Positions 53,750 to 63,567 of a stretch of 64,000 nucleotides of DNA are shown piece by piece; positions within the stretch are counted from its first letter, which is position 1; each line of letters starts with the position of its first letter. The notes below the pieces were generated by a model. That model ran no database searches, was not told where the DNA came from, and worked only from the letters and a program-made list of their open reading frames with translations. The position numbers and the translations under genes were made by a program. The DNA is from Cohnella sp. (GTDB lineage Bacteria > Bacillota > Bacilli > Paenibacillales > Paenibacillaceae). The DNA lies in the NCBI RefSeq assembly GCF_041640265.1, contig NZ_JBEQAP010000031.1, positions 3,008-67,007 of the forward strand. The letters are read 5' to 3'.

Positions 53750-54937
53750 ATGTCTAAACCCGTGCTCGGAATCCTAACCCTCTATCTCAACGAGAGAAAA
53801 GCGCTGGAAGAACGGCCCATCTACGAGAAAATGATTGCAGCGGGTAAACGGCTTGGTATATCCGTCTTCGTGTTTACTCCTCAAGACGTGGATGACAGCG
53901 GGAGCGTTAAAATCCATGCGATGATTTATAACCCGGAAACGAAAACCTGGAGCAGACGCTGGGTACGCCTCCCGCACGTTATCTACGATCGCTGCCGTAT
54001 TCAAAAAAGCACACGTTTTCAGCAGCTCCTAGCTTTTCGCAAACGCTACTCCCATTTAACGTTTCTAAATCGGCCGTTGCGCAATAAATGGACCATCTAT
54101 CGAACGCTTGGAAATATATCCGCGTTTCGTAATCATCTTCCGACCACAAAGCTGTATCAATCCTCGGATGATGTCACCTCACTGCTTAGGAAGTTTCAAA
54201 CCGTTTACTTAAAGCCGATTAATGGAACTGGGGGACGCGGAATACTCCGAATTGACCGTAAGAGTGATGGAACTTTTTTACTTCAAGGCCGCAATCATTC
54301 ACGAAGTATAGTAAAGCCGACGCGGGCATCAAGAAATCGCTTGGCCTTGGCTCTCGCGAGCTGGGATAAGCGTGGCGATCGTTATATTGCCCAGCAAGGT
54401 CTAGATATCAAGCTGCCGAACGGCAGAGTTCATGACTACCGAATGCTTGTGCAGAAAAATAGCGTTGGCGTATGGGAAGTAACGGGCTGTGCAGGACGCA
54501 TCGGACCTCAGCGCAGTATCACCTCTAACCTGCATGGCGGCGGCGAGGCTGCATCCATGAATTCCTTGCTGCGGCAATGGATCGGCAGCGCTGCTGAAAT
54601 TGCGAAAATCCGTGAAACCGCCGAAAACCTCGGAATTAGCGTCGCTCGCCATCTTGAGGTCACTTATGGAGCTTTATGCGAATTGGCGCTTGACCTGGCG
54701 ATTGATAGGAGTGGACATGTGTGGTTACTTGAGGTGAACCCAAAGCCGTCACGAGAAGTGTTTAAGCAAGCAGGGGAAAAATCAGTTTATCACAAGGCAA
54801 TATTGCGCCCTATTGAGTACGGATTGTGGTTATATCGCCAGAAGAAGGAATCCCGCAGTCATAAATCGATATCTCAGACTCTCGCTGAGGGTAACGAGCA
54901 TCGATCTTCCGCAGAGGTTATTGAGGACTACTCATAA
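53750..54937 (+). CDS. YheC/YheD family ATP-grasp protein 5
   Basis: IYDR, KPINGTGG, DYR, SNLHGGG, EVNPKP. Confidence 0.9.
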   Translation: MSKPVLGILTLYLNERKALEERPIYEKMIAAGKRLGISVFVFTPQDVDDSGSVKIHAMIYNPETKTWSRRWVRLPHVIYDRCRIQKSTRFQQLLAFRKRYSHLTFLNRPLRNKWTIYRTLGNISAFRNHLPTTKLYQSSDDVTSLLRKFQTVYLKPINGTGGRGILRIDRKSDGTFLLQGRNHSRSIVKPTRASRNRLALALASWDKRGDRYIAQQGLDIKLPNGRVHDYRMLVQKNSVGVWEVTGCAGRIGPQRSITSNLHGGGEAASMNSLLRQWIGSAAEIAKIRETAENLGISVARHLEVTYGALCELALDLAIDRSGHVWLLEVNPKPSREVFKQAGEKSVYHKAILRPIEYGLWLYRQKKESRSHKSISQTLAEGNEHRSSAEVIEDYS

Positions 54938-55071
54938 GAATGCGATAACCTTATCCTCTGGTCCAAACAACTGATCCGTGGCTAGATATGAATTGAGCTG
55001 GTTGGCTTTTCGCTTCTCATTGCCGCATTTTGCGGCAATAGCGAGGAGTTGGCTGGCTTTCACTTCGCAAA

Positions 55072-56055
55072 TCATTGTCCTTCAAAAGGAAACAATAGCT
55101 TTTGGTTTTCCTTCGTATACATATTTTGTTTGGTGATGACCTCAGAGCCCGTATCGATCAGTCTTTCCACGTCTCGTCCGTTCATCACATCGACCGCAGT
55201 CCGTACCGCCAAATAACCCATATTAAAAGGATTCTGAACCACAATAGCTTGAATGACACCTTCTTCTAGAAAAGCTATCTCATCCGTTGAGGCGTCGAAG
55301 CCGACAAGCTTTATACGAGAAGAAAAGCCTAAATCCTTGATTGCTTTCGCAGCACCGACCGTTGAAGGCTCGTTCATGCAAATCATTCCATTTATTCCCA
55401 GCTCCTCCTGAAGCAGCTTTATCACGATGTCATATGCCTTCGACTCGGAGGCATCCGAGTAATAAGATTGCTCTAACACGGTTACTCCTCCCGCTTCCTT
55501 CAACCGATCTCGGGTTCCCCGCTCCCTATCCATCGTTGCGGAAGCCCCTTTAACCGAATTAACGAGTGCGATTTTGGCATCCTTCTGAGCCCATTCCAGC
55601 ATCGAATCCGCTGCTTTTCGTCCTGCTTCGTAATTGTCCGTTGCGATAAAGCTGGCAGATATCCCGCCATTAAGACCCGAATCTACAGTAATGAGCGGTA
55701 TTCCCGCAGCCTTTATCATTTTTGCTACAGGAACTAACCGGTCATAATCGGATGCCGCCATCACAATCGCCTTCGGTTGTTCACCAATCGCCTTCTCTAG
55801 CAAAGCAATTTGCCCATCGATATCGGACTCTGCCACTGTTCCCACCGTTTGCACCTTTTCACCGAATTCTTTGGCTGCCATATAGACCCCTTGCCCAAGT
55901 ACTTGCCAGAAATCAATCCGCCCATCCACCGACTTTGGAACGAATAAAATCGGCTTATCCTTCTCAGCCCATGGATCGGAAACGAGCATATAAATGTATC
56001 CAATAACAGCCGTCAGAAGAACGGCCGCTGCGCCCCACATTATAATTTTACGCAT
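55072..56055 (-). CDS. Membrane-anchored sugar-binding protein (RbsB-like), probable sensory partner of the two-component system
   Basis: N-terminal TM without lipobox; FW, VDS, TDNYEAG, GFD and VQNP motifs. Confidence 0.85.
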   Translation of the reverse strand: MRKIIMWGAAAVLLTAVIGYIYMLVSDPWAEKDKPILFVPKSVDGRIDFWQVLGQGVYMAAKEFGEKVQTVGTVAESDIDGQIALLEKAIGEQPKAIVMAASDYDRLVPVAKMIKAAGIPLITVDSGLNGGISASFIATDNYEAGRKAADSMLEWAQKDAKIALVNSVKGASATMDRERGTRDRLKEAGGVTVLEQSYYSDASESKAYDIVIKLLQEELGINGMICMNEPSTVGAAKAIKDLGFSSRIKLVGFDASTDEIAFLEEGVIQAIVVQNPFNMGYLAVRTAVDVMNGRDVERLIDTGSEVITKQNMYTKENQKLLFPFEGQ

Positions 56056-56069
56056 ACCGCCATTCCCCC

Positions 56070-57833
56070 TTAACGTATCTCTGGTATTCGGAGCGTTACA
56101 GTTGTTCCCTCATCTAGTTCACTTATAATATCAAGTCCATAGGATTCACCGAAATAAAGACGGATTCTGTTGTTGACGTTCTCCAGTCCAACACCCTTTC
56201 CCTCTTCCCTCTTACGCAGCTTGTCTTCTAAGGCCATCAACTGTTCCTCGCTCATTCCAACTCCGTCGTCAGTAACCTGCAATACGATATCCCCATTTTC
56301 CCGTCGTCCCGTTATGGTAATATGACCGATGACAGCTTGCTGCTTTAAGCCATGGTAGATCGCATTCTCAATCAACGGCTGAAGAACGAGCTTTAACGTT
56401 TTGCTCTCATAAATGCTTGGGTCAACCTCAATGCTGTAGGTGAATTTATTCTTGTAGCGGATGTTCTGAATCGTCAAATAGTTATGAATATGCTCGAGCT
56501 CAACCGCAACCGGAACGAGCTCATCACCCTTGCTAATGCTAGAACGAAACAGCTTTGCGAGTGCGCTCGTCATTTTTACGACCTCTGCCATCTTCCCCAT
56601 TTCCGCCATCCAAATGATCGAGTCTAAGGTGTTATATAGAAAATGGGGATGAATCTGAGCTTGCATTGCCTTCAGTTCGCTAATCCGCTTCATCTCTTGC
56701 TCCTGCAAGATTTGACCCATCAAATCTTTGATCTTGCCTATCATGAGGTTAAAAGAACGCGATAGCTTGCCAATCTCGTCAGTCGATTCCACCTCGACTC
56801 GAGTATTGAAATCTCCCTTTTCCACTTTCTTCATAAGGCTTTCGAGTCTTTTGATCGGGTTGGTTAAGCGGTAGGACAGAAAGATGGAAATCGATAAAGC
56901 AACAATAAGAAACAAAATTCCCGCAAGGACAGAGGTTGTTCGTATTTCTTGTTTATTGCCGACAAGCTCATCCGTATAAGTAACTCCAATAACCTTCCAC
57001 CCGAATTCATTCGTACGTATTGTATATATTTTACGATCATCATTATCTTTGATTGGAATTGAGCTATCTTTTGCATCCAATAGCGTTGTTATCGCTTCAT
57101 ACTTCAATCTGCTATACAGCAGCTGCTGTTGAGGATGGTAGATTAAGTCGCCTGAAGGATCCAGAATAAACACATAACCTCGATTACCAAGTTCAATTTG
57201 CTTGCAAAGATTGTTTATAACGTTCAAATTAAGGTCAACCATGAGCACGCCGCTGCCCGGTTGTCCAGCTTCACCGAGCTGCCTGCTGATGGACACGACC
57301 CAACGATATTCCCTTAAATAAATATGCTGAACATGTGACGAGCTTATGACAACCTTTCCCCCGGCATCGGTTGCGCTCAAATACCAGTCCTGCCCGCGCA
57401 AATCATCCACCGGCTTGAATCCCGCTTGATCCCTGTCGGATATCGTATTGCCGTTAGCCCCAACGTACAAAATGGTTGCGATATCTTCGCGAGAACGAAC
57501 GACCGACCGAAAAAACTTGCCAATCTCATCACTGAGCTCCACACTCTCCGGAGATGTTATATCGGTGAGCAATGCCGCCTTTTCCAGATCACTATTACTG
57601 ATTGCTAAGTCGGATATGCTCACCATATTGTCTAGATAGGTCTCAATGTTTGTATTAACCTGGTCGATTAACTGCTCCGTATAGGTCTTCGCATTGTCCG
57701 TCACGGCTTCTTCGGACAGTCGATATGAATTGAAAGTTAAAAGCACCGTCATTGCTACAATCAGGCAAGAGAACGCAATTGCGATGCTCGTGTGGATGCT
57801 CTTGAACTGAAACAGCTGTCGCCGTGAGTTCAT
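56070..57833 (-). CDS. Cache/HAMP sensor histidine kinase (YesM-like)
   Basis: AQIHPHFLYNTL, QPLIENA, DDGVG and GVGL motifs. Confidence 0.93.
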   Translation of the reverse strand: MNSRRQLFQFKSIHTSIAIAFSCLIVAMTVLLTFNSYRLSEEAVTDNAKTYTEQLIDQVNTNIETYLDNMVSISDLAISNSDLEKAALLTDITSPESVELSDEIGKFFRSVVRSREDIATILYVGANGNTISDRDQAGFKPVDDLRGQDWYLSATDAGGKVVISSSHVQHIYLREYRWVVSISRQLGEAGQPGSGVLMVDLNLNVINNLCKQIELGNRGYVFILDPSGDLIYHPQQQLLYSRLKYEAITTLLDAKDSSIPIKDNDDRKIYTIRTNEFGWKVIGVTYTDELVGNKQEIRTTSVLAGILFLIVALSISIFLSYRLTNPIKRLESLMKKVEKGDFNTRVEVESTDEIGKLSRSFNLMIGKIKDLMGQILQEQEMKRISELKAMQAQIHPHFLYNTLDSIIWMAEMGKMAEVVKMTSALAKLFRSSISKGDELVPVAVELEHIHNYLTIQNIRYKNKFTYSIEVDPSIYESKTLKLVLQPLIENAIYHGLKQQAVIGHITITGRRENGDIVLQVTDDGVGMSEEQLMALEDKLRKREEGKGVGLENVNNRIRLYFGESYGLDIISELDEGTTVTLRIPEIR

Positions 57834-59453
57834 TCAGAATGTCCCCTTCTGCAGGTTGCGATATTCCTTAGGCGTCGTACCTGTCTGTCTTTTGAAAATA
57901 ACGCTGAAATAATGAGGGTCCCCATATCCCACGCGAAGAGCGATTTCATAGGTTTTGTGTGAGGTGATTGCCAGCAGTTCTTTGGCCTTCTCCATGCGAA
58001 TTCGAGTCACGTATTCTACGAAGGTCATTCCCGTATGCTGCTTGAACAACGTACTGAAGTAACTGATACTCATATAGAGATGGCTGCAAACGTCATTCAA
58101 TGTAAGCTCTTCGTTCATGTAATTATCGCTGATGAACCTTTCAGCCTTCTGCATCTGCGACTTGGTAACATTCGAACGTTTTGCAGACAAATCCTTCAAG
58201 ATCCGGTGGCATAGCTCCTCTAACCACTGCTGGATAGCATCCAGCGTCTTCATGGTTTGGATCTGCGAGAACAAATCATCCTCGATCCCAGCCGGATGAG
58301 TAAGTCCGGTTTCCGTTATCCAATTCATAAGTGCGACAAGAAGCTTGTGAATAATCCCGTACCCCTTGTCCACCGTCGTTCCTGAGCTTCTCAGACCATC
58401 GAACCCGACCTGCAGCGCTTTGGATACATACGCCTGGCTCCCAGTACGCATCGCGCTGACTAGTTGCTTCTCCCAGTCGCTGTCACGGCTAATGCCTTCC
58501 CTCTGACCGAACTCAACATCTTGGATGGACAAGGTCCGATTAACGCCGAGCATAAATCGATAATCAAGCGCTGAAAGCGCTTCCTGATAAGATTGCGACA
58601 GCTGTTGAATATGGTGGCAAGGACGTCCAATTCCAATGGAAAGTGTACTCTTTAAATACTTCTCTACGCTATAGCGAACTTGTCCCGCTAATGTTTGGCT
58701 TTGCAGCAAGAGTTCGTCTGCCACAGCAGAATACAGTGCGGCAACCTTATGATCGCGAGTCCGAAATACGATGCCCCCGTGCTCCTTCTCGATGATTTCC
58801 TGCATAATATTATAGACACCGAACCGTATCAGTTCCCGATCGGTATCTGACTCCTCTGAACGATCACCCTGTCGTCCATCGAGATCACCTACCATTGCAA
58901 CATAAGCAGGACCCGGCAAAAACAATTGATGGCTTTGAATTCCGAGCTCTCGCTCCTCCTCGGACATTGAAGCGGATACCAGTTTTTCCAGAAAACTTTC
59001 CTTCAGCAGAGGCAGGCTTTGATGAAGTTGGCTCCGCAGCCGGGAGAGATCTTCTTTATGCATTCTGTCTTCATCCAGCTCATGCTTCATCCGCAATAGA
59101 AAGTCTGTGAATTCTTGTGAATTTAAAGGTTTGAGCAGATAGTCCGTCACTTTCAGCTTTATCGCTCTTTGAGCGTAGTCAAAGTCTTCAAAACCCGTGA
59201 CAATAACGACTTTAACGTTCCGATAATGGTCGAATATACGTTTGGACAATTGCAGGCCGTCCATAAAAGGCATACAAATATCGGTTATGACTGCATCCGG
59301 CTTTAAGTCCTCCATGGCTTCCCAAGCATCGCGGCCATTCTCGAAATCACCGACCAGCTCAAACCCGCAATCCGCCCACGGGGTTTTGAATTTAATCCCT
59401 TCCCTAACCTCGTCTTCATCGTCAATCAAGATGACCTTATACAACCTGTTCAC
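57834..59453 (-). CDS. AraC-type response regulator (YesN-like)
   Basis: REC domain (IDDE, TDICMP) and C-terminal AraC HTH. Confidence 0.93.
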   Translation of the reverse strand: MNRLYKVILIDDEDEVREGIKFKTPWADCGFELVGDFENGRDAWEAMEDLKPDAVITDICMPFMDGLQLSKRIFDHYRNVKVVIVTGFEDFDYAQRAIKLKVTDYLLKPLNSQEFTDFLLRMKHELDEDRMHKEDLSRLRSQLHQSLPLLKESFLEKLVSASMSEEERELGIQSHQLFLPGPAYVAMVGDLDGRQGDRSEESDTDRELIRFGVYNIMQEIIEKEHGGIVFRTRDHKVAALYSAVADELLLQSQTLAGQVRYSVEKYLKSTLSIGIGRPCHHIQQLSQSYQEALSALDYRFMLGVNRTLSIQDVEFGQREGISRDSDWEKQLVSAMRTGSQAYVSKALQVGFDGLRSSGTTVDKGYGIIHKLLVALMNWITETGLTHPAGIEDDLFSQIQTMKTLDAIQQWLEELCHRILKDLSAKRSNVTKSQMQKAERFISDNYMNEELTLNDVCSHLYMSISYFSTLFKQHTGMTFVEYVTRIRMEKAKELLAITSHKTYEIALRVGYGDPHYFSVIFKRQTGTTPKEYRNLQKGTF

Positions 59454-59520
59454 ACCCTAACGTAATGCGGATAATAACCTTAGTATAAGCCATACACGAG
59501 TCCTTTGAATACAAAGCAAG

Positions 59521-59550
59521 ATGAGGTTGCCCGAATTGGGCAACCTCCAT
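59521..59550 (-). terminator. Hairpin after the substrate-binding gene
   Basis: GAGGTTGCCC-GAATT-GGGCAACCTC; weak U tract. Confidence 0.55.
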
Positions 59551-59568
59551 GTATACATAAGCCTTATT

Positions 59569-60549
59569 CTATTCGTACAGCAACGGCTTGATCTCTTCGG
59601 AGTCGATGTTTGTTTTATCGTACCAATGGAATCCTGTATCGATGGATTTCGGAACTGTTTCACCCTTTTTTGCTTGAACGGCCGCTTTGACGGACCAGTA
59701 GCCGATACCGATCGGATCTTGAGTAATGGCACCAGCCATTTTACCGTTGCGGATCGCATCCATTTGCTGTTTGCCGGAGTCGTAACCGATAACGAAGATT
59801 TGACTTTCTTTCTTTAGCTCCGTAACCGCGTTGAGTACTCCGATTGCCGAGCCTTCATTGGCACCGAAGAAGCCTTTCAAATCCGGATGCGCTTGAATGA
59901 TTGCTTTGGCCAAATCGGTTGATTTCAAGTGGTCGCCGCCACCGTATTGAATGTCTACAATTTTGATGTCCGGATATTTTTCTTCTATCTGTTTTTTGAA
60001 GCCATCTCGGCGGTCAATACCGGTACGGCTCGTTTGGTCATGAACAATGAGAGCAACTTCGCCCTTGCCGCCAATGAGCTCAGCCATTTTGTCAGCAGCA
60101 AGTCCCGCTGCCGCAATGTTGTCCGTCGCTGCGGTTGTCACAGGAATATCGCTATCTACGCCGGAGTCAAAACCGACAACCGGAATGTTGGAGGATTTAG
60201 CTTTCTCGAGTAAAGGTAAAGATGCTTTACTATCCAATGCCGCGAATGCGATAGCTGCAGGTTTCTTATCGAGCGCCGCCTGGAGCATTTCGATCTGCTT
60301 ATCAACCTGAGTTTCTGATTCCGGTCCTTCGAACGTAATTTCCACATCAAATTCTTTGGCTGCTTTCTCAGCTCCAAGCTTAACCGCTTGCCAGAACTGA
60401 TGCTGGAAGCCTTTGGAGATAACCGGAATGTACATCTTGCCGTCCGCAGCTGCGCTATCACCATTGTTGTTGTTTTTCCCGCAAGCCCCGAGTACGCTGG
60501 CGACGAGCAGAAGTACTACCGCAAGCAATCCAAGCTTTTTCTTAGTCAT
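59569..60549 (-). CDS. Sugar ABC substrate-binding lipoprotein
   Basis: Lipobox LGAC, SKGFQHQFWQAV, RbsB-type motifs. Confidence 0.92.
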   Translation of the reverse strand: MTKKKLGLLAVVLLLVASVLGACGKNNNNGDSAAADGKMYIPVISKGFQHQFWQAVKLGAEKAAKEFDVEITFEGPESETQVDKQIEMLQAALDKKPAAIAFAALDSKASLPLLEKAKSSNIPVVGFDSGVDSDIPVTTAATDNIAAAGLAADKMAELIGGKGEVALIVHDQTSRTGIDRRDGFKKQIEEKYPDIKIVDIQYGGGDHLKSTDLAKAIIQAHPDLKGFFGANEGSAIGVLNAVTELKKESQIFVIGYDSGKQQMDAIRNGKMAGAITQDPIGIGYWSVKAAVQAKKGETVPKSIDTGFHWYDKTNIDSEEIKPLLYE

Positions 60550-60622
60550 TCCCAGATCTCCCCTTATGAATATATTGATGTTGTATATCACTCCTGAACG
60601 GAGGGATTACCGATGGTATAAA

Positions 60623-61633
60623 TCAAGCTTTCCGGCGGCGTAATATATCTGCGTATACCGCACCAATGACGACCAGGCCGATGATGACCGTCTGCCATTC
60701 TTGAGGAATCGACAAGATCCGCAAGCCGTTGATTAGAACGCTCATAATCAACGCTCCGATGACCGTGCCCACAATCGTGCCTTGTCCTCCGCTGAGCGAG
60801 GTTCCACCGATAACAACCGCAGCAATCGCTTCCAACTCATAGCCGGAACCAAGCGCAGGTTGGGCGGAGTTTAGACGGGAAGCCATCAGAATTCCTGCTA
60901 TTCCGCTGAAAGCCCCGGTGATGGTGTAGATCGTGATTTTCCAAAAGTTTACGTTAACCCCTGACAGCCTAGTCGCTTCCTCATTGCTACCTAAAGCAAA
61001 GTTATAACGACCGATTATCGTCTTCGTTAGAATTAATCCAGCAACGATAGCGAGTCCGAAAAAAATGAGTATGGCATTGGGAATTTCGATACCGAATAAA
61101 GAATTGGTGATCGAGCCCATCGAAATTTGGCTGAAAATGAAAGTTTTATCTTCTGAATCTGATTTCGTTGCAAAATAAATTGGCTTCGCACCGGAGACGA
61201 CTAGAGATAAGCCTTTCGTAATCATCATCATCGCAAGCGTAGCGATGAACGGCGGTATCTTCATCTTGGCAACCGCCAAGCCGCTTATCGTACCGCACAA
61301 GGCTCCGGTCAAAACACCGCCGACAATTCCGAACGGGATCGGCAGACCCCAGAAGGTAATGATGACACCGGTCATAACCGAACTGAAGGTCATCACGGTA
61401 CCGACAGCTAGATCTATGCCTCCCGTAATAATGACGAATGTCGATCCTAAAGCCAGCACACCAATAACTGCGGTAGAAAGTAAAATTCCGATAATATTAT
61501 CGAATCTGAAAAAATTGTCGGAGGAAAACGTGAATACGAGCACCATGGCAATCAAGCTGGCACTAGCGAGCAGTTGCTGAAGCACGCCGGATTTAATCTG
61601 AATTTGTTTGTTGTTAGTAATTGCGACTTTCAT
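60623..61633 (-). CDS. Sugar ABC permease (RbsC-like)
   Basis: GGIDL, PPFIATL and YELEAIAAVVIGG motifs. Confidence 0.94.
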   Translation of the reverse strand: MKVAITNNKQIQIKSGVLQQLLASASLIAMVLVFTFSSDNFFRFDNIIGILLSTAVIGVLALGSTFVIITGGIDLAVGTVMTFSSVMTGVIITFWGLPIPFGIVGGVLTGALCGTISGLAVAKMKIPPFIATLAMMMITKGLSLVVSGAKPIYFATKSDSEDKTFIFSQISMGSITNSLFGIEIPNAILIFFGLAIVAGLILTKTIIGRYNFALGSNEEATRLSGVNVNFWKITIYTITGAFSGIAGILMASRLNSAQPALGSGYELEAIAAVVIGGTSLSGGQGTIVGTVIGALIMSVLINGLRILSIPQEWQTVIIGLVVIGAVYADILRRRKA

Positions 61634-61652
61634 CTTGTTACCCCCTTCGGCT

Positions 61653-63158
61653 TCAGCCTGTTCGACGTGTTGCCAGCTTCATAATTTTCTCTTGATCTGC
61701 GTCTTCCCGAAGCAATTCTCCAGTGATTCGGCCTTCGCACATCACGATTACCCGATGACTCATCCGTAGAATTTCCGGCAGCTCCGAGGAGATCATAATA
61801 ATCGATTTCCCTTGCTCAGCCAGCTCTTCCAGCAGCTTGTATATCTCACCCTTGGCGCCTACATCTATACCTCGTGTCGGTTCATCGAAAATGAGGATAT
61901 CGCTGTCTCTTGTCAGCCATTTGCCGATAACGACCTTCTGTTGATTGCCGCCGGATAGAAATTTGACCTTCTGATCCACACTGGGTGTTTTTACCTTCAA
62001 CGTATCTACGACCTTCTGTGCAGAGTCAGTCATCTGCTCTTGCCGCATCCAGCCCATAGCGTCCTTATATCTGCCATAGGAAGCTATACCGACGTTCTCT
62101 TTCACGTCCATATCCACTAGCAGTCCGAATCTCTTGCGATCTTCAGATAAATAACCGATGCCGTGCTTGACCGCATCATGCGGATGCCTGATATGGGCTT
62201 TATTGCCGTGAATGAATATCTCGCCCGAATCGAAAGAGTCAGCACCGAAGATTGCCCGTGCTACTTCTGTTCTACCAGCGCCCATCAGCCCTGCGAAACC
62301 CAAAATTTCACCTTTTTTCAAATTGAAATGAATGTTTCTGAGCGTGTTTCCCCTGTTTAGGTTGCGCACCTCTAGTACGGTTTCTGCGTCGGTATGAATT
62401 TGTTTAGCTTCGACAGAATGGTAGATTTCCCGGCCGACCATAAGAGAAATGATTCGATCTATGGACACTTCGGCGGTTTGTACCGTGTCGATATAACTTC
62501 CATCCCGCATAACCGTAATCGTGTCAGTGATCCGCTTAAGCTCATCCATCCGGTGGGAGATGTATACGATTCCGACTCCGGAAGCCTTTAACTGAGCAAT
62601 GATCCGGAATAGCTCCTCGATCTCACTGTCTGTTAGCGCTGCGGTCGGCTCATCCATAATGAGCACTTCCGAATCAAATGACAGCGCTTTCGCAATTTCC
62701 ACCATCTGTTGCTTGGCTACCGTTAACTCCGATACTTTCATGCGGGGATCAACATCTAAGTTCATTCTCTTAAATAATTCACGCACTTTGGTATGAAGCG
62801 CTTTATCATCCAGTAATAATGGAAACCTTCTCCGAGGTTCCCGTCCGATATAGATGTTCTGTGCTACCGTCAGATGAGGCATGAGATTCAGCTCTTGATG
62901 AATGATGCTAATTCCCAAATTTTGCGCAGCCTTCGTATGAGGAATGTCGACCTCGCGTCCTTTGTAGACTATTCGTCCTGCATCCTTCTGATATACGCCG
63001 GTCAGCACCTTCATTAAAGTGGACTTACCGGCGCCATTCTCCCCGACAAGGGCATGAACTTCTCCAGCCTGAAGTCTGAATTGGCATTGATTCAGGGCAT
63101 GCACTCCTGGGAACTTCTTCTCAATTCCCTCCATTACGACGAGCGGTTGGGTGTCCAT
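61653..63158 (-). CDS. Sugar ABC ATPase (RbsA-like)
   Basis: [13 protein letters not shown] and LSGGNQQK; two ABC domains. Confidence 0.95.
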   Translation of the reverse strand: MDTQPLVVMEGIEKKFPGVHALNQCQFRLQAGEVHALVGENGAGKSTLMKVLTGVYQKDAGRIVYKGREVDIPHTKAAQNLGISIIHQELNLMPHLTVAQNIYIGREPRRRFPLLLDDKALHTKVRELFKRMNLDVDPRMKVSELTVAKQQMVEIAKALSFDSEVLIMDEPTAALTDSEIEELFRIIAQLKASGVGIVYISHRMDELKRITDTITVMRDGSYIDTVQTAEVSIDRIISLMVGREIYHSVEAKQIHTDAETVLEVRNLNRGNTLRNIHFNLKKGEILGFAGLMGAGRTEVARAIFGADSFDSGEIFIHGNKAHIRHPHDAVKHGIGYLSEDRKRFGLLVDMDVKENVGIASYGRYKDAMGWMRQEQMTDSAQKVVDTLKVKTPSVDQKVKFLSGGNQQKVVIGKWLTRDSDILIFDEPTRGIDVGAKGEIYKLLEELAEQGKSIIMISSELPEILRMSHRVIVMCEGRITGELLREDADQEKIMKLATRRTG

Positions 63159-63277
63159 CGCAGCGCCCCCCTCTGTTTATGTGTATATGTTTATTGTAAC
63201 GGGTAAGGAGATTGGGCAGAATTTAATATCTTACACAAAAAAGGTGATAATTTTACGACAATAAGATTTCATTTTGC

Positions 63278-63306
63278 AAAAAAACCTCCATTGAATGGAG
63301 GTTTTC
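63278..63306 (-). terminator. Terminator after the tautomerase gene
   Basis: AAAACCTCCA-TTGAA-TGGAGGTTTT. Confidence 0.8.
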
Positions 63307-63346
63307 GGATATTAAGTATTCAGATTAGATTAATTCAATGTGCGAC

Positions 63347-63553
63347 CTATTCCTTCAATTTCGCGATCCGTTTGGTAACCGTTTCTCCGTTAACTCCCCA
63401 ATTATCAGTAGGAACTTCATCAATAATAACGACTGTTTCTTTCGGATCTTTATCGAGGATATCCACCAGGAGTCTGGTCACACCTTCGATAAGATGAGCT
63501 TTCTGTTCTGGGGTTACACCGTTATCGACGATCTTGATATTGACGTAAGGCAT
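63347..63553 (-). CDS. 4-oxalocrotonate tautomerase family protein
   Basis: Pro-1 (MPYVNIK), TPEQK and NWGVNG; RBS GAGGAGG. Confidence 0.9.
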   Translation of the reverse strand: MPYVNIKIVDNGVTPEQKAHLIEGVTRLLVDILDKDPKETVVIIDEVPTDNWGVNGETVTKRIAKLKE

Positions 63554-63567
63554 ACTTCGCATCCTCC

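Noticed and set aside
48631-54937. Graspetide RiPP cluster
   Set aside because: Enzymes are YheC/D type; no acidic repeat precursor, peptidase or exporter
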